IMG/VR virus record: IMGVR_UViG_3300006931_000002 | Span: 1 to 64,000 of that record | Source: a virus | Direction: 5' to 3' (one strand) | DNA length: 64,000 nucleotides | Part shown: piece by piece, positions 54,172-63,412 of the stretch | Layout: every line of letters starts with the position of its first letter | How positions within the stretch are numbered: position 1 is the stretch's first letter | Program-made: the position numbers and the translations under genes | Notes under the pieces: model-generated | Told to the model about the DNA's origin: nothing | Seen by the model: only the letters and a program-made list of their open reading frames with translations | Database searches by the model: none

Positions 54172-54432
54172 ATGGCAGCGTTGAGCAACGGGCCAGTCGG
54201 CGAGATGGCGCCGATTGACGTTGACGCGATTGCCCGGGGGCCCGTGCGCAAGACTGCACCGCCCGTCAGGCCGATCGGCCCGAAGCTGCTGACCCACAAC
54301 TTCCCGATCCGCCCGGATTTGGTGGTGCCGTTGACACTGCCCGCCGAACTGACGGCGGCGGACGCCCACAGGATCGCCGAGTTCGTGGCCGCCCTCGCAT
54401 TCCCGGAGAGGCCGGCGACGTCCGGTGTCTGA
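54172..54432 (+). CDS. Hypothetical protein
   Basis: FPIRPDLVVPLTLPAELTAADAHRIAEFV. Confidence 0.65.
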   Translation: MAALSNGPVGEMAPIDVDAIARGPVRKTAPPVRPIGPKLLTHNFPIRPDLVVPLTLPAELTAADAHRIAEFVAALAFPERPATSGV

Positions 54433-54718
54433 CCGTCTGTCGGCGTCGATCCGCCGCACCCACACCGTGTTCGAGGTGGGACGTCGGATCGGTCGTCTGA
54501 TCGTCGCTTCGGTGCGTCTTGGCTGGCGTGCCGAGAAAGGTTCGACGGTGACCGGGGTGACGGTCGTCGCGTCGTCGTCGCAGGCGGAGACGCTTCTCTA
54601 CAGCCTGGACTTGGCGCCGCGGCCGATTTCCAGGGCTGTGGAGATCGAGACTGAACGCGGCTGGGAAATGATCGGCCTGGACGCCCCGGACACGGCCGAC
54701 GGGGTGTGGGATGTCTGA
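54425..54718 (+). CDS. Hypothetical protein
   Basis: Overlap coupling. Confidence 0.5.
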   Translation: MSDRLSASIRRTHTVFEVGRRIGRLIVASVRLGWRAEKGSTVTGVTVVASSSQAETLLYSLDLAPRPISRAVEIETERGWEMIGLDAPDTADGVWDV

Positions 54719-54935
54719 CGGCCCGCGCATCGAGTGGGGTCACCGTCTCGCCGCGGACTTCCCGGGCCGGGAGCGGATGCGGGACCGCGACCGGATTCAC
54801 GCCTGCCTCGACGAGCATGGCCGTCCGAATCGAGTGCCGTGCGCCAACCCGGATGTGATGGGCTATCCCATGGATCATGTCTGGCGTCTGGTCACCGGCT
54901 GGCAGACCGGGCCGGTTCCGGAATGGAGACCCTGA
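54711..54935 (+). CDS. Hypothetical protein, paralogous to the N-terminus of the next gene
   Basis: IEWGHR...C...HVWR. Confidence 0.6.
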   Translation: MSDGPRIEWGHRLAADFPGRERMRDRDRIHACLDEHGRPNRVPCANPDVMGYPMDHVWRLVTGWQTGPVPEWRP

Positions 54936-55348
54936 TGGCCGAGTGGGAGCCGAGTCCGGTGGACCGTGTCGAGTGGGGTCATCGGAACCCGGACGGGTCG
55001 GTGTCGGGCTGCTGGTCCTACCACGCCAACGGCGCGGCTTTTCTGTCCAGCGAGCCATGTGGCCGGCCGATGTGGAACGGCGCGCCGACAGTGCATGTCT
55101 GGCGCCGCCGCCAGATCGGCGAGTGGAAGGCCGAAGGCTTCGTCGACCCGGACACCGTTGCCGGAACACCGGAGAACCTTCGGGCGCTCGCCCGGTTCCT
55201 GGCTCCGTACCGCTGCTGCGGGAATGTCGATCCCGCCGGCTGCGACTCCCGGTGCGGGTGGGACCGTCTGGGGCTGTCTTGGGATCTGTCGGTGATGGAA
55301 CGCCGCGTCCGCGAGGAACTGGAGCGGCTGGAGAAGGTCGATGGCTGA
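54935..55348 (+). CDS. Hypothetical protein
   Basis: VEWGHR...C...HVWR; TGATG overlap. Confidence 0.6.
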   Translation: MAEWEPSPVDRVEWGHRNPDGSVSGCWSYHANGAAFLSSEPCGRPMWNGAPTVHVWRRRQIGEWKAEGFVDPDTVAGTPENLRALARFLAPYRCCGNVDPAGCDSRCGWDRLGLSWDLSVMERRVREELERLEKVDG

Positions 55349-55565
55349 CCCCCGCCTGAGTGCGAACAGGCAGGCGGTGACGATGGCGCCATCGGAGTCG
55401 GCTCTCCGCTCGGAACTGATCGCCCTTGTCGAGGCTCTTGAAACCGAAGCGTCGGAGGCCCGCGGCACGTCGAATCTGGCCATGGCCATGGAGGCGTCTG
55501 GCCGGCTGGTGGCCGCCTACCGGCTGCGCCGCGTCTTGAACGGGGAGGACTGGCGCGATGGATGA
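55341..55565 (+). CDS. Hypothetical protein
   Basis: Overlap coupling. Confidence 0.55.
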   Translation: MADPRLSANRQAVTMAPSESALRSELIALVEALETEASEARGTSNLAMAMEASGRLVAAYRLRRVLNGEDWRDG

Positions 55566-56154
55566 TCCTCGCCGCCGGGTGCTGGCCCGTGTCGAAACCG
55601 AGCCGATCCCGGCTGGCCTGTGGGACTCGTTGTCGGACGCGCTGATGGAGACGGCCGCCGGCTTCGGGGTGATGTGCGGCGGCCACGTCGTCGACTGCGC
55701 GGAGGACGGCTGGGAGCCGGCGCCGAGCGTCGAACCTGAGTCGTGGCGTCCGACCGGCGAGATCGAGCGGCTGCGCGCCGCGCTGGCCGAGACTGAAGGC
55801 GACCTTCTTCGACTCGTGCGGTCGATGACTGTTCCGTGGGAGCGGATACCGGAGGCCCGCAGGGAGAAGATCCGCCAGCGGTGCCGCCAGCTTGAAGCGG
55901 AGATCGCGGCCGGGGACCGTCCGGAGCCGATCGGCATGGAAGACCTGACGGTTTGGCTGTGGAAGTTGCTCGCCGCGGTCTTTCCGAACGCGCCAGCGAA
56001 GCCGATCAGCGCCGAGACGATCGCGACCGCTGTGGAGCATCTTGCGGTGCTGCATGATCTAGCCCGGGAGGCCGACCGGCCGTCCACGTTCAAGGAAGAC
56101 GGGCAAACCTTGAACGCAGACGGCGGCCGTTCAACTTTCGACCGTCAAGGTTGA
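55558..56154 (+). CDS. Hypothetical protein
   Basis: GGAGGA RBS. Confidence 0.55.
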   Translation: MDDPRRRVLARVETEPIPAGLWDSLSDALMETAAGFGVMCGGHVVDCAEDGWEPAPSVEPESWRPTGEIERLRAALAETEGDLLRLVRSMTVPWERIPEARREKIRQRCRQLEAEIAAGDRPEPIGMEDLTVWLWKLLAAVFPNAPAKPISAETIATAVEHLAVLHDLAREADRPSTFKEDGQTLNADGGRSTFDRQG

Positions 56155-56157
56155 ACG

Positions 56158-56589
56158 TCAGGCCGCGTACCGGGTGATGTCCCCAACCCGGCAGGTGTAG
56201 GGGCCGTTCGCGGTTTGCAGGCTGGAGGCGTCCTGCGGGGAGGATGCCTGTCCGGGTGCGAGGCCGTTGACGGAGACGAGTCCGGTGCCGATCTGGGTTT
56301 TGCCGTCGGGCGATTCCATCACGATGTTGACGATGTAGTTCGACGCCTTCGACGAGTGGTTGGTGACGACCACCTTTGCCGCCGCGAACCCTGCATCGTC
56401 GGGCGCGCAGGCGGTGATGGCGACGTCCTCCGAGTGCGCCGGTCCGGCGCTGGCCTTCGCGGTCGCCCCACCGGTTGAGGTGGAGGCGCTGGCCCCGGTG
56501 GAGGTCTTGCAGGCTGCGAGACTGGCAGCGGCGAGCCCGGCGGCGGCGAGCATCACCCAGCGTCTGTGGTCGTTGCGTGGCATGTGCAT
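56158..56589 (-). CDS. Lipoprotein (FxLYD-like Ig fold)
   Basis: Lipobox LAAC; VTNHSSKASNYIV; NGLAPGQ. Confidence 0.75.
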   Translation of the reverse strand: MHMPRNDHRRWVMLAAAGLAAASLAACKTSTGASASTSTGGATAKASAGPAHSEDVAITACAPDDAGFAAAKVVVTNHSSKASNYIVNIVMESPDGKTQIGTGLVSVNGLAPGQASSPQDASSLQTANGPYTCRVGDITRYAA

Positions 56590-56904
56590 TCCCCCTTGCG
56601 ATGTTGGCGGGGGGACGGTAGCGCACGTTTGCTCACAAGACAGCCACCGGGGGTGACCGATCGAACACAGGTTCGATGGAGGCGGGTGAACGCCCTCCAT
56701 CCGGAGGACGCTAGACGTGCGAGCCGGTCCCCGGGCAGGTCCGCCGGGTCTTCGGATGCTGGTGATCTGAAATGACCCCAGCAGTTGCCCACACCGTCGA
56801 ATCGCATGCGCCACACGTCGCCCACTGACCCTTGGCGCGTCCATCGTCATACTCCGGATCGGCATCATCCTGATCTGGCTGCCTACCCCACTTGGCCAAG
56901 ACGA

Positions 56905-57417
56905 TCAGATCCTTTCCGTGGTGATGTACTCGCGATCTGCCCGTAGAGGCTGACCCGCAGACAGCGTATAGACGAAAAGCAGGCAAATCTCCGCACCCGA
57001 GTGGAAATCCACGCTGATGCCAGGCCGCCGGACCGAGGTCTTCCCTTCACCGAGCGAGTGGCGGCGCACCCGTGCGATCTCCCGAGAGCCGCCATTGGTG
57101 ACAACCGCGGCGAGCCAGCCTTCAAAGGCCGCCACATCGACCTTGCCTGACGTCACGTCGAGGCGGGGCAGCGTCACAGGGGGCAACGCGGCGGCACCTT
57201 CGACGATCCGCTCGCCACCCACATCGCCGCCGGGCGGGCTGGCCCGCACGGTCTGAACGTAGATCTGCGCCCCTGTTGTGAACCGGAACCGGACCCCAGC
57301 AGGCTTGTCGTGGAACTGGTCGGTGTCGTCGGCGAACGTGACCGCCAGGTCGATTGCCGGGTCAGCGGCCTCGGCGATCTGCCCCATCAGGTAGGTGGTG
57401 AAGCGTGGCAATCGCAT
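56905..57417 (-). CDS. Hypothetical protein
   Basis: GGAGGA RBS; two similar halves (GVRFRFTTGAQIYV / GISVDFHSGAEICL). Confidence 0.65.
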   Translation of the reverse strand: MRLPRFTTYLMGQIAEAADPAIDLAVTFADDTDQFHDKPAGVRFRFTTGAQIYVQTVRASPPGGDVGGERIVEGAAALPPVTLPRLDVTSGKVDVAAFEGWLAAVVTNGGSREIARVRRHSLGEGKTSVRRPGISVDFHSGAEICLLFVYTLSAGQPLRADREYITTERI

Positions 57418-57495
57418 GCGTCCTCCGGGTTGCTGGTTGTCCCTGACGGTAGGGCGGGCAACCCGGAACAACACAAACCGAAAGTGCGTGTCGCG

Positions 57496-57756
57496 TCACG
57501 AGATGTCCGTGTTGTCCCGTTCCGCACGCCACCCGGGTCTGTTGCGGTCGAGCCATGGCTCCACATCTCGCCGGCGCCATACCCTCACGCGCCCGTCCAC
57601 GGACGTCCACCACGGCGCCGGGAAGTCCCGATAGCGCGAGAAGTGGTAGGCGCGGGTCTTCGCCACGCCCAGCCACAGCCGAATCTCGGCAATGGTGATC
57701 AGCTCGCCTGGGGCTGCCCGGCCGTCGTCTGCCCCCTGCCCGTCGGTGCTGTCCAC
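57496..57756 (-). CDS. AlpA/excisionase-like HTH protein
   Basis: LITIAEIRLWLGVAKTRAY...DFPAP...RVWRRRDVEPW. Confidence 0.85.
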   Translation of the reverse strand: MDSTDGQGADDGRAAPGELITIAEIRLWLGVAKTRAYHFSRYRDFPAPWWTSVDGRVRVWRRRDVEPWLDRNRPGWRAERDNTDIS

Positions 57757-57933
57757 AGGTTCACACGCTGGGGCTGACCGTGCGGTTCCCCCGTACGTAC
57801 TTCCGACATGGTCCTCGACGCGCTAACCTGACGTCCCAGTCGCGCGCCGCAACGGTCGCGTTGCTTTGAGACAGAAAAGCCCCGGGCAGGCTGGCGGGCC
57901 GACCCGGGGCACGACGCCATCGGAGGGCGCCGT

Positions 57934-58362
57934 ATGTCCACATCATCCCCGACGGACCCTGCGCCGGACCAGTCCACGCCCAGACCACAGCGAACGTCCC
58001 GCGACGGCGGATTCTCGATCTGGCACAGCCACGTGACCGATGGCTGGGAAGCCCGAATCGCGATCGGCACATCAGTGTTGGACCTGGTCCGCGGCCTGTC
58101 CATGTACCTACCCGGCGGGGTGCGGCTCGTCGACACCCGACCTGATGACGGCTCTGGAATGGCGCTACTGGTGTTTGAGCCGGACGAGCCGGACGGCGTC
58201 GTTGACCGGATGCTCGCCGCGGACCGCGCGGAGCTGGGTGCAGACCTGGCCACGCTGAACCTTGAGGCCGGGCTCGCCGCGATCGTCGGCACACAGCCGG
58301 ATGGCGAGACGACGCCGGACGCTGCCGGCTCACAGCCGGACCTGCATGGGGCGTCGTCGTGA
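57934..58362 (+). CDS. Hypothetical protein, paralog of the next gene
   Basis: GGAGG RBS; DGWEARI...GL...LPGG. Confidence 0.65.
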   Translation: MSTSSPTDPAPDQSTPRPQRTSRDGGFSIWHSHVTDGWEARIAIGTSVLDLVRGLSMYLPGGVRLVDTRPDDGSGMALLVFEPDEPDGVVDRMLAADRAELGADLATLNLEAGLAAIVGTQPDGETTPDAAGSQPDLHGASS

Positions 58363-58583
58363 ACGGCCCGTCGGTCGTCGTCATAACCCACACCGCCGGC
58401 TCCGACGACTGGGAGGTCCGTGTCCCCGTCCGTATCCCGTCGGCTGCGCTGATCTGGGGTCTTCGGACGCTTCCGTCCGGGCTGGGGCTGAACACTGCCG
58501 GCCCGGACGTCGAGGACGAAGAGGCGTTGCTGTTCCAGTTCACCCGGCTCAACCCGGCCACTGCCCGCGATTCCAAGGACTAG
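58359..58583 (+). CDS. Hypothetical protein
   Basis: DDWEVRV...GL..LPSG; GTGA overlap. Confidence 0.6.
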   Translation: MNGPSVVVITHTAGSDDWEVRVPVRIPSAALIWGLRTLPSGLGLNTAGPDVEDEEALLFQFTRLNPATARDSKD

Positions 58584-58653
58584 CGTCCCGCCGATCCCAC
58601 ACGCTTCACGGGGAGACACACGTGTGCCACCGTCCGCCCGCACCGGACAGGAG

Positions 58654-59610
58654 ATGTCCTTGGACCACACCGACCGCCGCCGCATCCTCACCGCTGGGAT
58701 TCTCCTCCCGGTGGGCCTCTTGACCGCCGGAGGAACAGTCGGCGCCAGCACGACCAGCGTCCGCACCGACATCGACACGGGTGTTGCCGGCATAGTCGCC
58801 CGCTGGGAGTCGACGAACCTCGTCGACGTCCTCAACGCCACCCACCACTGGGCGTACCTGTGCCGCCAGCTCGGCAGCAGGGGCCGAGACTGGCAGTTGA
58901 CCACAGGGCGGGTGGCGCTGCTCTCAGCCCGCGCACATGCCGACCTGGGCGAAACAACCATGGCGCTTGCCGAAGCGCAGAAAGCCCGGGTTTTGGGCCG
59001 GGCCTGCGGCGACACGGCCACCGAAGCCGAAGCGACACTCGTCGCAGCAGAGGTTCATGACGCGGCCACCCCAACGTCGGCGATCCCCCTACAGATGACA
59101 CGGGCCGCACGGCGCCGCGCCGGCACATCGTGGCTGGGTGTAGCCGCCGCGTCGATCGAAGCGGCGATCCTCGCACGGGGAGGACCGGGCTCCGCATCCG
59201 ACGTGATCGACGTGCTGCGGGACGCGGACACAGCAGCCCGGCTGCTGCCCGAACCGCGACCCGGCGAGTTCAGCCCCGGCCAGCTTGCCGCGTTCGGCGG
59301 CTGTGCTCTGATCCGAGCGGGAAGGCCTGACGAGGCGACGGACCGTCTCTCTGACGCCGTGTTCGACGAGCACGCTGCTCCGGGGATGGCGTCGGCGGTG
59401 CTTGTCTACCGGGCTTCGGCGGCGGTCGCCGGCCGCCGGTTCGATGAGGGTGCGGCGCTTGCCGGGCGGGCGTTGGACGTGTCCGCCCAGAGGCCCACTG
59501 CATGGCTGGCCGCGTCGGTACGGGGTCAGGCGCAGACGGCAGGCGGTAAGGGCGGGTATGACGCCCTGGTCGGCCGACTCGGTGGTTGGCCTGCGGCGGC
59601 AACGGTCTGA
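58654..59610 (+). CDS. Helical TPR-like protein resembling the sensor half of actinomycete XRE-TPR regulators
   Basis: DRRRILTAG start; Ala-rich helices; FSPGQLAAFGGCAL; no HTH seen. Confidence 0.55.
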   Translation: MSLDHTDRRRILTAGILLPVGLLTAGGTVGASTTSVRTDIDTGVAGIVARWESTNLVDVLNATHHWAYLCRQLGSRGRDWQLTTGRVALLSARAHADLGETTMALAEAQKARVLGRACGDTATEAEATLVAAEVHDAATPTSAIPLQMTRAARRRAGTSWLGVAAASIEAAILARGGPGSASDVIDVLRDADTAARLLPEPRPGEFSPGQLAAFGGCALIRAGRPDEATDRLSDAVFDEHAAPGMASAVLVYRASAAVAGRRFDEGAALAGRALDVSAQRPTAWLAASVRGQAQTAGGKGGYDALVGRLGGWPAAATV

Positions 59611-59966
59611 GGGGGCGGCGGATGGTCAACTCCTGCGGGACCTGCACTGGGCGGCAGAATTGAGTGCCTACGGCGAGCCGTCACCACCCAGACAGCCGTG
59701 CATCCGGTTCGCCGCGATCCCCTGTCCGACCTGTCGGGTGGAGCGGGAAGCGGTCGCGAAGGAACAGGCGGCAGGCACGTTCGTCGCCACCCGCTCCCGG
59801 CCGGGGGCGAAGAACAACCTGCGGCCCCTAGGTGCGCGGCCTGCGGGCTGCACCTGTCGGACCGTCTGGAAGGCGGGTGAGGGGCCGGAGGCCGCCCGGG
59901 AGCGGCAGGGGTGGGGCGAGACCCGACCGTCGACACCCCAGGACGCCGGACCGCCTGTTTGAGCGC

Positions 59967-60911
59967 TCACGCGGCTTTGGTCGGGTAGACCGAGCCGGTG
60001 CGTTCCAAACGTTCCAGCCGCGTGAGTACCACGGCGGCAGGGTCGGTGACGCACGCCAACATGCCGGCGAACGCCGGATCGAGGAACAGATCGTTGAGGA
60101 TGTCGAACCAGCCGTAGCGACACATCCGCGCCAACCGTTCGAGCAATGATCGGCGGGTGCGCGAGTCGCATTCGGGGATGTCGAGATCGGCAGGCCAAAG
60201 CAGGTCGAGTAGCCAGTCGGCGTCGTCGTACGAGTCGTCCCGGTCGGCCGCGGGCAGCGGTGGGGTGGCCTCTTCGGTGCGCTGTTCGCCTCGGGTCGCG
60301 GGTGGTGGGGTGGCCTCGCGCGCACGCGCCCGCGCGGTCTGTGGTTGCGCTGGTTCAACTGCGGCGTGCTCCTTCGTCGCCCGCGACGCGAGGGGATCAT
60401 CGTTGGCGTCGCCGCCGACGAAGGAGGTGGCCGCAGTTCCCGCGCTGGCAACTGCTACGTGGTCGCCTTCGGCTCCCCATATCTCTTCTGAGTGCGCAAC
60501 CAACTTGCCGACAACTTCGGCCATTTTGTCGGTTGCTGGTTGCCGACAACTCTGCGGGACGGTGGGCAGCCGGTTGCCTGCTACCTCCGGCACGGACGCC
60601 CGGTAGAGCGCCTTCCGGCCGTTGCCTCCGCGCCGAACATGGACTAGCCATCCGGTCTTGACCAGTTGCGCCTTGTGATAGCCAACGGTCCGGTCGGGCA
60701 TGCCGGTGGCGGAAGCGATCGCGGCGTTCGACGCGGAGAGGACGCCGTCTGGCGTCATCAGTTCGGCGAGGTCGCGGGCGGTTGCTCGGAACACGCGGGC
60801 GGACGCTGGCCACTCGGCGGCACGGATGGCCCGTAGCCAGCCTGAGCGGTCTGTGGTGGGCGTGGTCTCAGTCGCCGCATGTGAGGGCTCGGAACAGCTA
60901 GAATTGGGCAC
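59967..60911 (-). CDS. Second Rep-like protein with N-terminal winged HTH
   Basis: SNAAIASATGMPDRTVGYHKAQLVKTGWLVHVRRG; internal direct repeat TTGCCGACAACT at 60505 and 60540. Confidence 0.6.
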   Translation of the reverse strand: MPNSSCSEPSHAATETTPTTDRSGWLRAIRAAEWPASARVFRATARDLAELMTPDGVLSASNAAIASATGMPDRTVGYHKAQLVKTGWLVHVRRGGNGRKALYRASVPEVAGNRLPTVPQSCRQPATDKMAEVVGKLVAHSEEIWGAEGDHVAVASAGTAATSFVGGDANDDPLASRATKEHAAVEPAQPQTARARAREATPPPATRGEQRTEEATPPLPAADRDDSYDDADWLLDLLWPADLDIPECDSRTRRSLLERLARMCRYGWFDILNDLFLDPAFAGMLACVTDPAAVVLTRLERLERTGSVYPTKAA

Positions 60912-61076
60912 GTCGGCCTCGTAGTCCTCTTCGTCGGTGGTGCAGGTCGGCCCGACCCCGGCAGGCGCGCCAACGCCTCCGGGGTCATACTTTTGTCCCG
61001 ATTCTACTGGTAGCCGAACAGATGTGCGGTTCGCCTACCTGGGCGGGGTCACTCCTTTCCGCCGCCAGGTGACAGT

Positions 61077-61197
61077 CACGTTTCGAACGCATGTACGTGA
61101 TCACGACGTGCCGCTACGTGACGTGTCCGTGAGAACACCTACTGACCGCTCCAGGCGGCTAGGCTGGGGGCACTGTACCGGTAAACCCGTTAACGGG
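61077..61197. promoter_or_regulatory. Intergenic control region between rep-like and gntR genes
   Basis: Clustered ACGTG/CACGT; palindromes CGTGATCACG and CCCGTTAACGGG. Confidence 0.45.
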
Positions 61198-61208
61198 AGG
61201 ACCACATC

Positions 61209-61967
61209 GTGATCAGCCGCCAAGACTCCCGCCCGGCCTACCTTCAGATCGCGGACGACCTCCGCGAGGACATCGAGTCGCGCCGACTGGCAGCCGGCGC
61301 GCAACTGCCTACCATCGCCGAGCTTGTCGAGCGGTACGACGTCGGCACGAACACTGTCGTGCGCGCCATTGGCCATCTCCGCTCGCTCGGCCTAGTGGAA
61401 TCCCGCCAGGGGATGGGCAGCTACGTGCGCGAGGTTCAGCCCTGGATCGCGATCTCGTCGGAGTGGTGGTCGCCTCCCGGCAACGGAGAGTCGGACCACT
61501 GGACGCGGGTCAACCGGGAGCACGGCCACACGGGCTCCCAGGACGTCATCTTCGTTGGCACCCGCGTGCCGCCCGAGCGGATTCGCGACGAGATGGGCCT
61601 TGGCGACGATGGCACGGCGGTTCTTCGGGACAGGGTCCTGTTCCAGGACGGCTTGCCGATGCAGCTCGCCCGTAGCTGGTTCCCGCACGCGGTGGCCGAT
61701 GGAACCCCGCTTGCCGAAAGCCGGAAGATCAAGGGTGGGACGCCGCGGATTCTCGCCGAGCTGGCCGAGCCCCCAGTGGAAGTGCGGAAGGAGACTGTCG
61801 CCCGACCGCCGACGCAGGCCGAGCGTACGGCCCTCAACCTCCCGGAGGGCATCCCGGTCCTGGACATATTGATGACCGTGGTCAACGGGTCGGGCGAGGT
61901 GATCGAGGTCGGGGAGGTCGTCGCCCGTGGCGACCGACACCGACTTCGGGATCGCCATCCCGCCTGA
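61209..61967 (+). CDS. GntR/HutC-family regulator with UTRA domain (KorSA/TraR-like)
   Basis: PAYLQIADDLR, LPTIAELVERYDV, GLVESRQGMGSYV; ARPPTQAERTALNLPEG. Confidence 0.93.
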   Translation: MISRQDSRPAYLQIADDLREDIESRRLAAGAQLPTIAELVERYDVGTNTVVRAIGHLRSLGLVESRQGMGSYVREVQPWIAISSEWWSPPGNGESDHWTRVNREHGHTGSQDVIFVGTRVPPERIRDEMGLGDDGTAVLRDRVLFQDGLPMQLARSWFPHAVADGTPLAESRKIKGGTPRILAELAEPPVEVRKETVARPPTQAERTALNLPEGIPVLDILMTVVNGSGEVIEVGEVVARGDRHRLRDRHPA

Positions 61968-62057
61968 GCCGGAGTCGGCTGCGCGGAGCGCAACTGGCTC
62001 GTATGGGGTCTTGTGGCTTTGTGGGGTAACGGGGTAAAGTCGCGATCACGGCCTAGC

Positions 62058-62099
62058 GGACCCTCGGCGTCAGCCGGCAAGCATCAACGCCGAGGGTCC
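62058..62099. terminator. 13-bp-stem hairpin
   Basis: GGACCCTCGGCGT ... ACGCCGAGGGTCC. Confidence 0.5.
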
Positions 62100-62725
62100 T
62101 AGGTCGGCCCGTTCCTGCTGTCACAGGAGGCCCGACCCGTGTCCCATCATCCCCTTTCCTTCGTCCCCAACCCGCCGTCCGGTCCCGCGTCCGATCCGTC
62201 CAGCCCCGACGAGGAGGCCGCCGCCGCGACCCTCGCCGAGATGCTTGGCACCGCCGAGGACACCGACCAGTGAGCGCCGACAAGAAGGCGACCACCCCGC
62301 CCCCCGACCCGAACACGCTTCTCCGCGAGCTGGACACCGACGGCCGGATGGGCCAGCAGGTCCGCGACCGCTTCTTCGGCCAGTCGCTCCGCGGCGGGGA
62401 AGGCGGCACCCGGTGAGCGGCCTCGAAGGCTCGGTGGGCACCTGCTCCAACGACGGCTGCAACGGCACCGTCTGGATCGGCCCGTCGGGCTCGGAGGTTC
62501 ACGCCAACAACCAGCCCTGCCCGGCGACCGGCCAGTGGGCTGTCAACCCGAAGCTCACCGCAGCACAGGCGGCGGGCCGGTGACCGTCAACGACGACAAC
62601 TCACGTGAGGCTGTCGACCTCGACCCGCGGGTTCAGGTCGAAACACTGAAGGAACGGCTTGACCCGCTGGCGGCCATCCAGGAGCGGGTCGCCGAGGGTG
62701 AGAAGCGCGGGAAGGGCGGCAAGCG

Positions 62726-63046
62726 GTGACCGCCGTCTTCCCCGAGGCGGGTACCGGCTGGGACCCGTGGGCCGACTTCGACGCCTTCGAGGAACTGTTG
62801 ACCGCCACTTCCGATCCCGTCCCACCGATGCGCACCGTCGACGTTGACGGGGTGCCGATGGTCCCAGCAGCCCGGCTGGAGGCGGCGTACGCGATGGTCG
62901 CCCGGCTGGCCGACGAGAACCGCCGCCGCGTCGGTGATCTGACCATCGCCAGGTCCACGCGGCTGGTCGACGTCGAGGCCGACGCGATGGTCCTCGCGCT
63001 GGACCTGATCCGCGGGTATCTAGCCGAACCCGATGGCGACTCGTAG
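62726..63046 (+). CDS. Hypothetical protein, last of a run of tiny GTGA-coupled ORFs starting near 62140
   Basis: Overlap coupling; AGGAGG RBS at the start of the run. Confidence 0.55.
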   Translation: MTAVFPEAGTGWDPWADFDAFEELLTATSDPVPPMRTVDVDGVPMVPAARLEAAYAMVARLADENRRRVGDLTIARSTRLVDVEADAMVLALDLIRGYLAEPDGDS

Positions 63047-63383
63047 TAGGGCGACGAAAGAGCGGATGATCGCTCAGGCTGGCGGGCTGTGCTCCTACTG
63101 TCGAGTGCAGCCCGCCGACCATCTTGACCACATCGTCCCCAGGTCCCGGGGTGGGTCGAACGCGATGTCGAACCTGACCCCGGCGTGCCACGAGTGCGGC
63201 CAGTCGAAGGCTGATCTGACCGTCCACGACTGGGCGCTGGTCCTGGCCGCTGAGATCGTCGCGGCAAGGCCGCCGACACGGCCCGCCTGGCGCTGGAACC
63301 CGCGGCGACTACGACATCTGCGGGCAAGCCACCGTGCAGCGAACCTGTCAGTGCAATCTTCGGCAAGACGAAGATGGATCTAA
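63033..63383 (+). CDS. HNH endonuclease
   Basis: CSYC, DHIVPRSRGG, NLTPACHECGQSK. Confidence 0.88.
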   Translation: MATRSRATKERMIAQAGGLCSYCRVQPADHLDHIVPRSRGGSNAMSNLTPACHECGQSKADLTVHDWALVLAAEIVAARPPTRPAWRWNPRRLRHLRASHRAANLSVQSSARRRWI

Positions 63384-63412
63384 CAGGTTGGGGCGCGGCA
63401 TGATGTAGGGCC

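Noticed and set aside
54153-56093. Long antisense ORFs (also 1007-1954, 6341-7702, 15531-16967, 31419-32600)
   Set aside because: Shadow frames of GC3-rich genes on the other strand; no RBS or motifs
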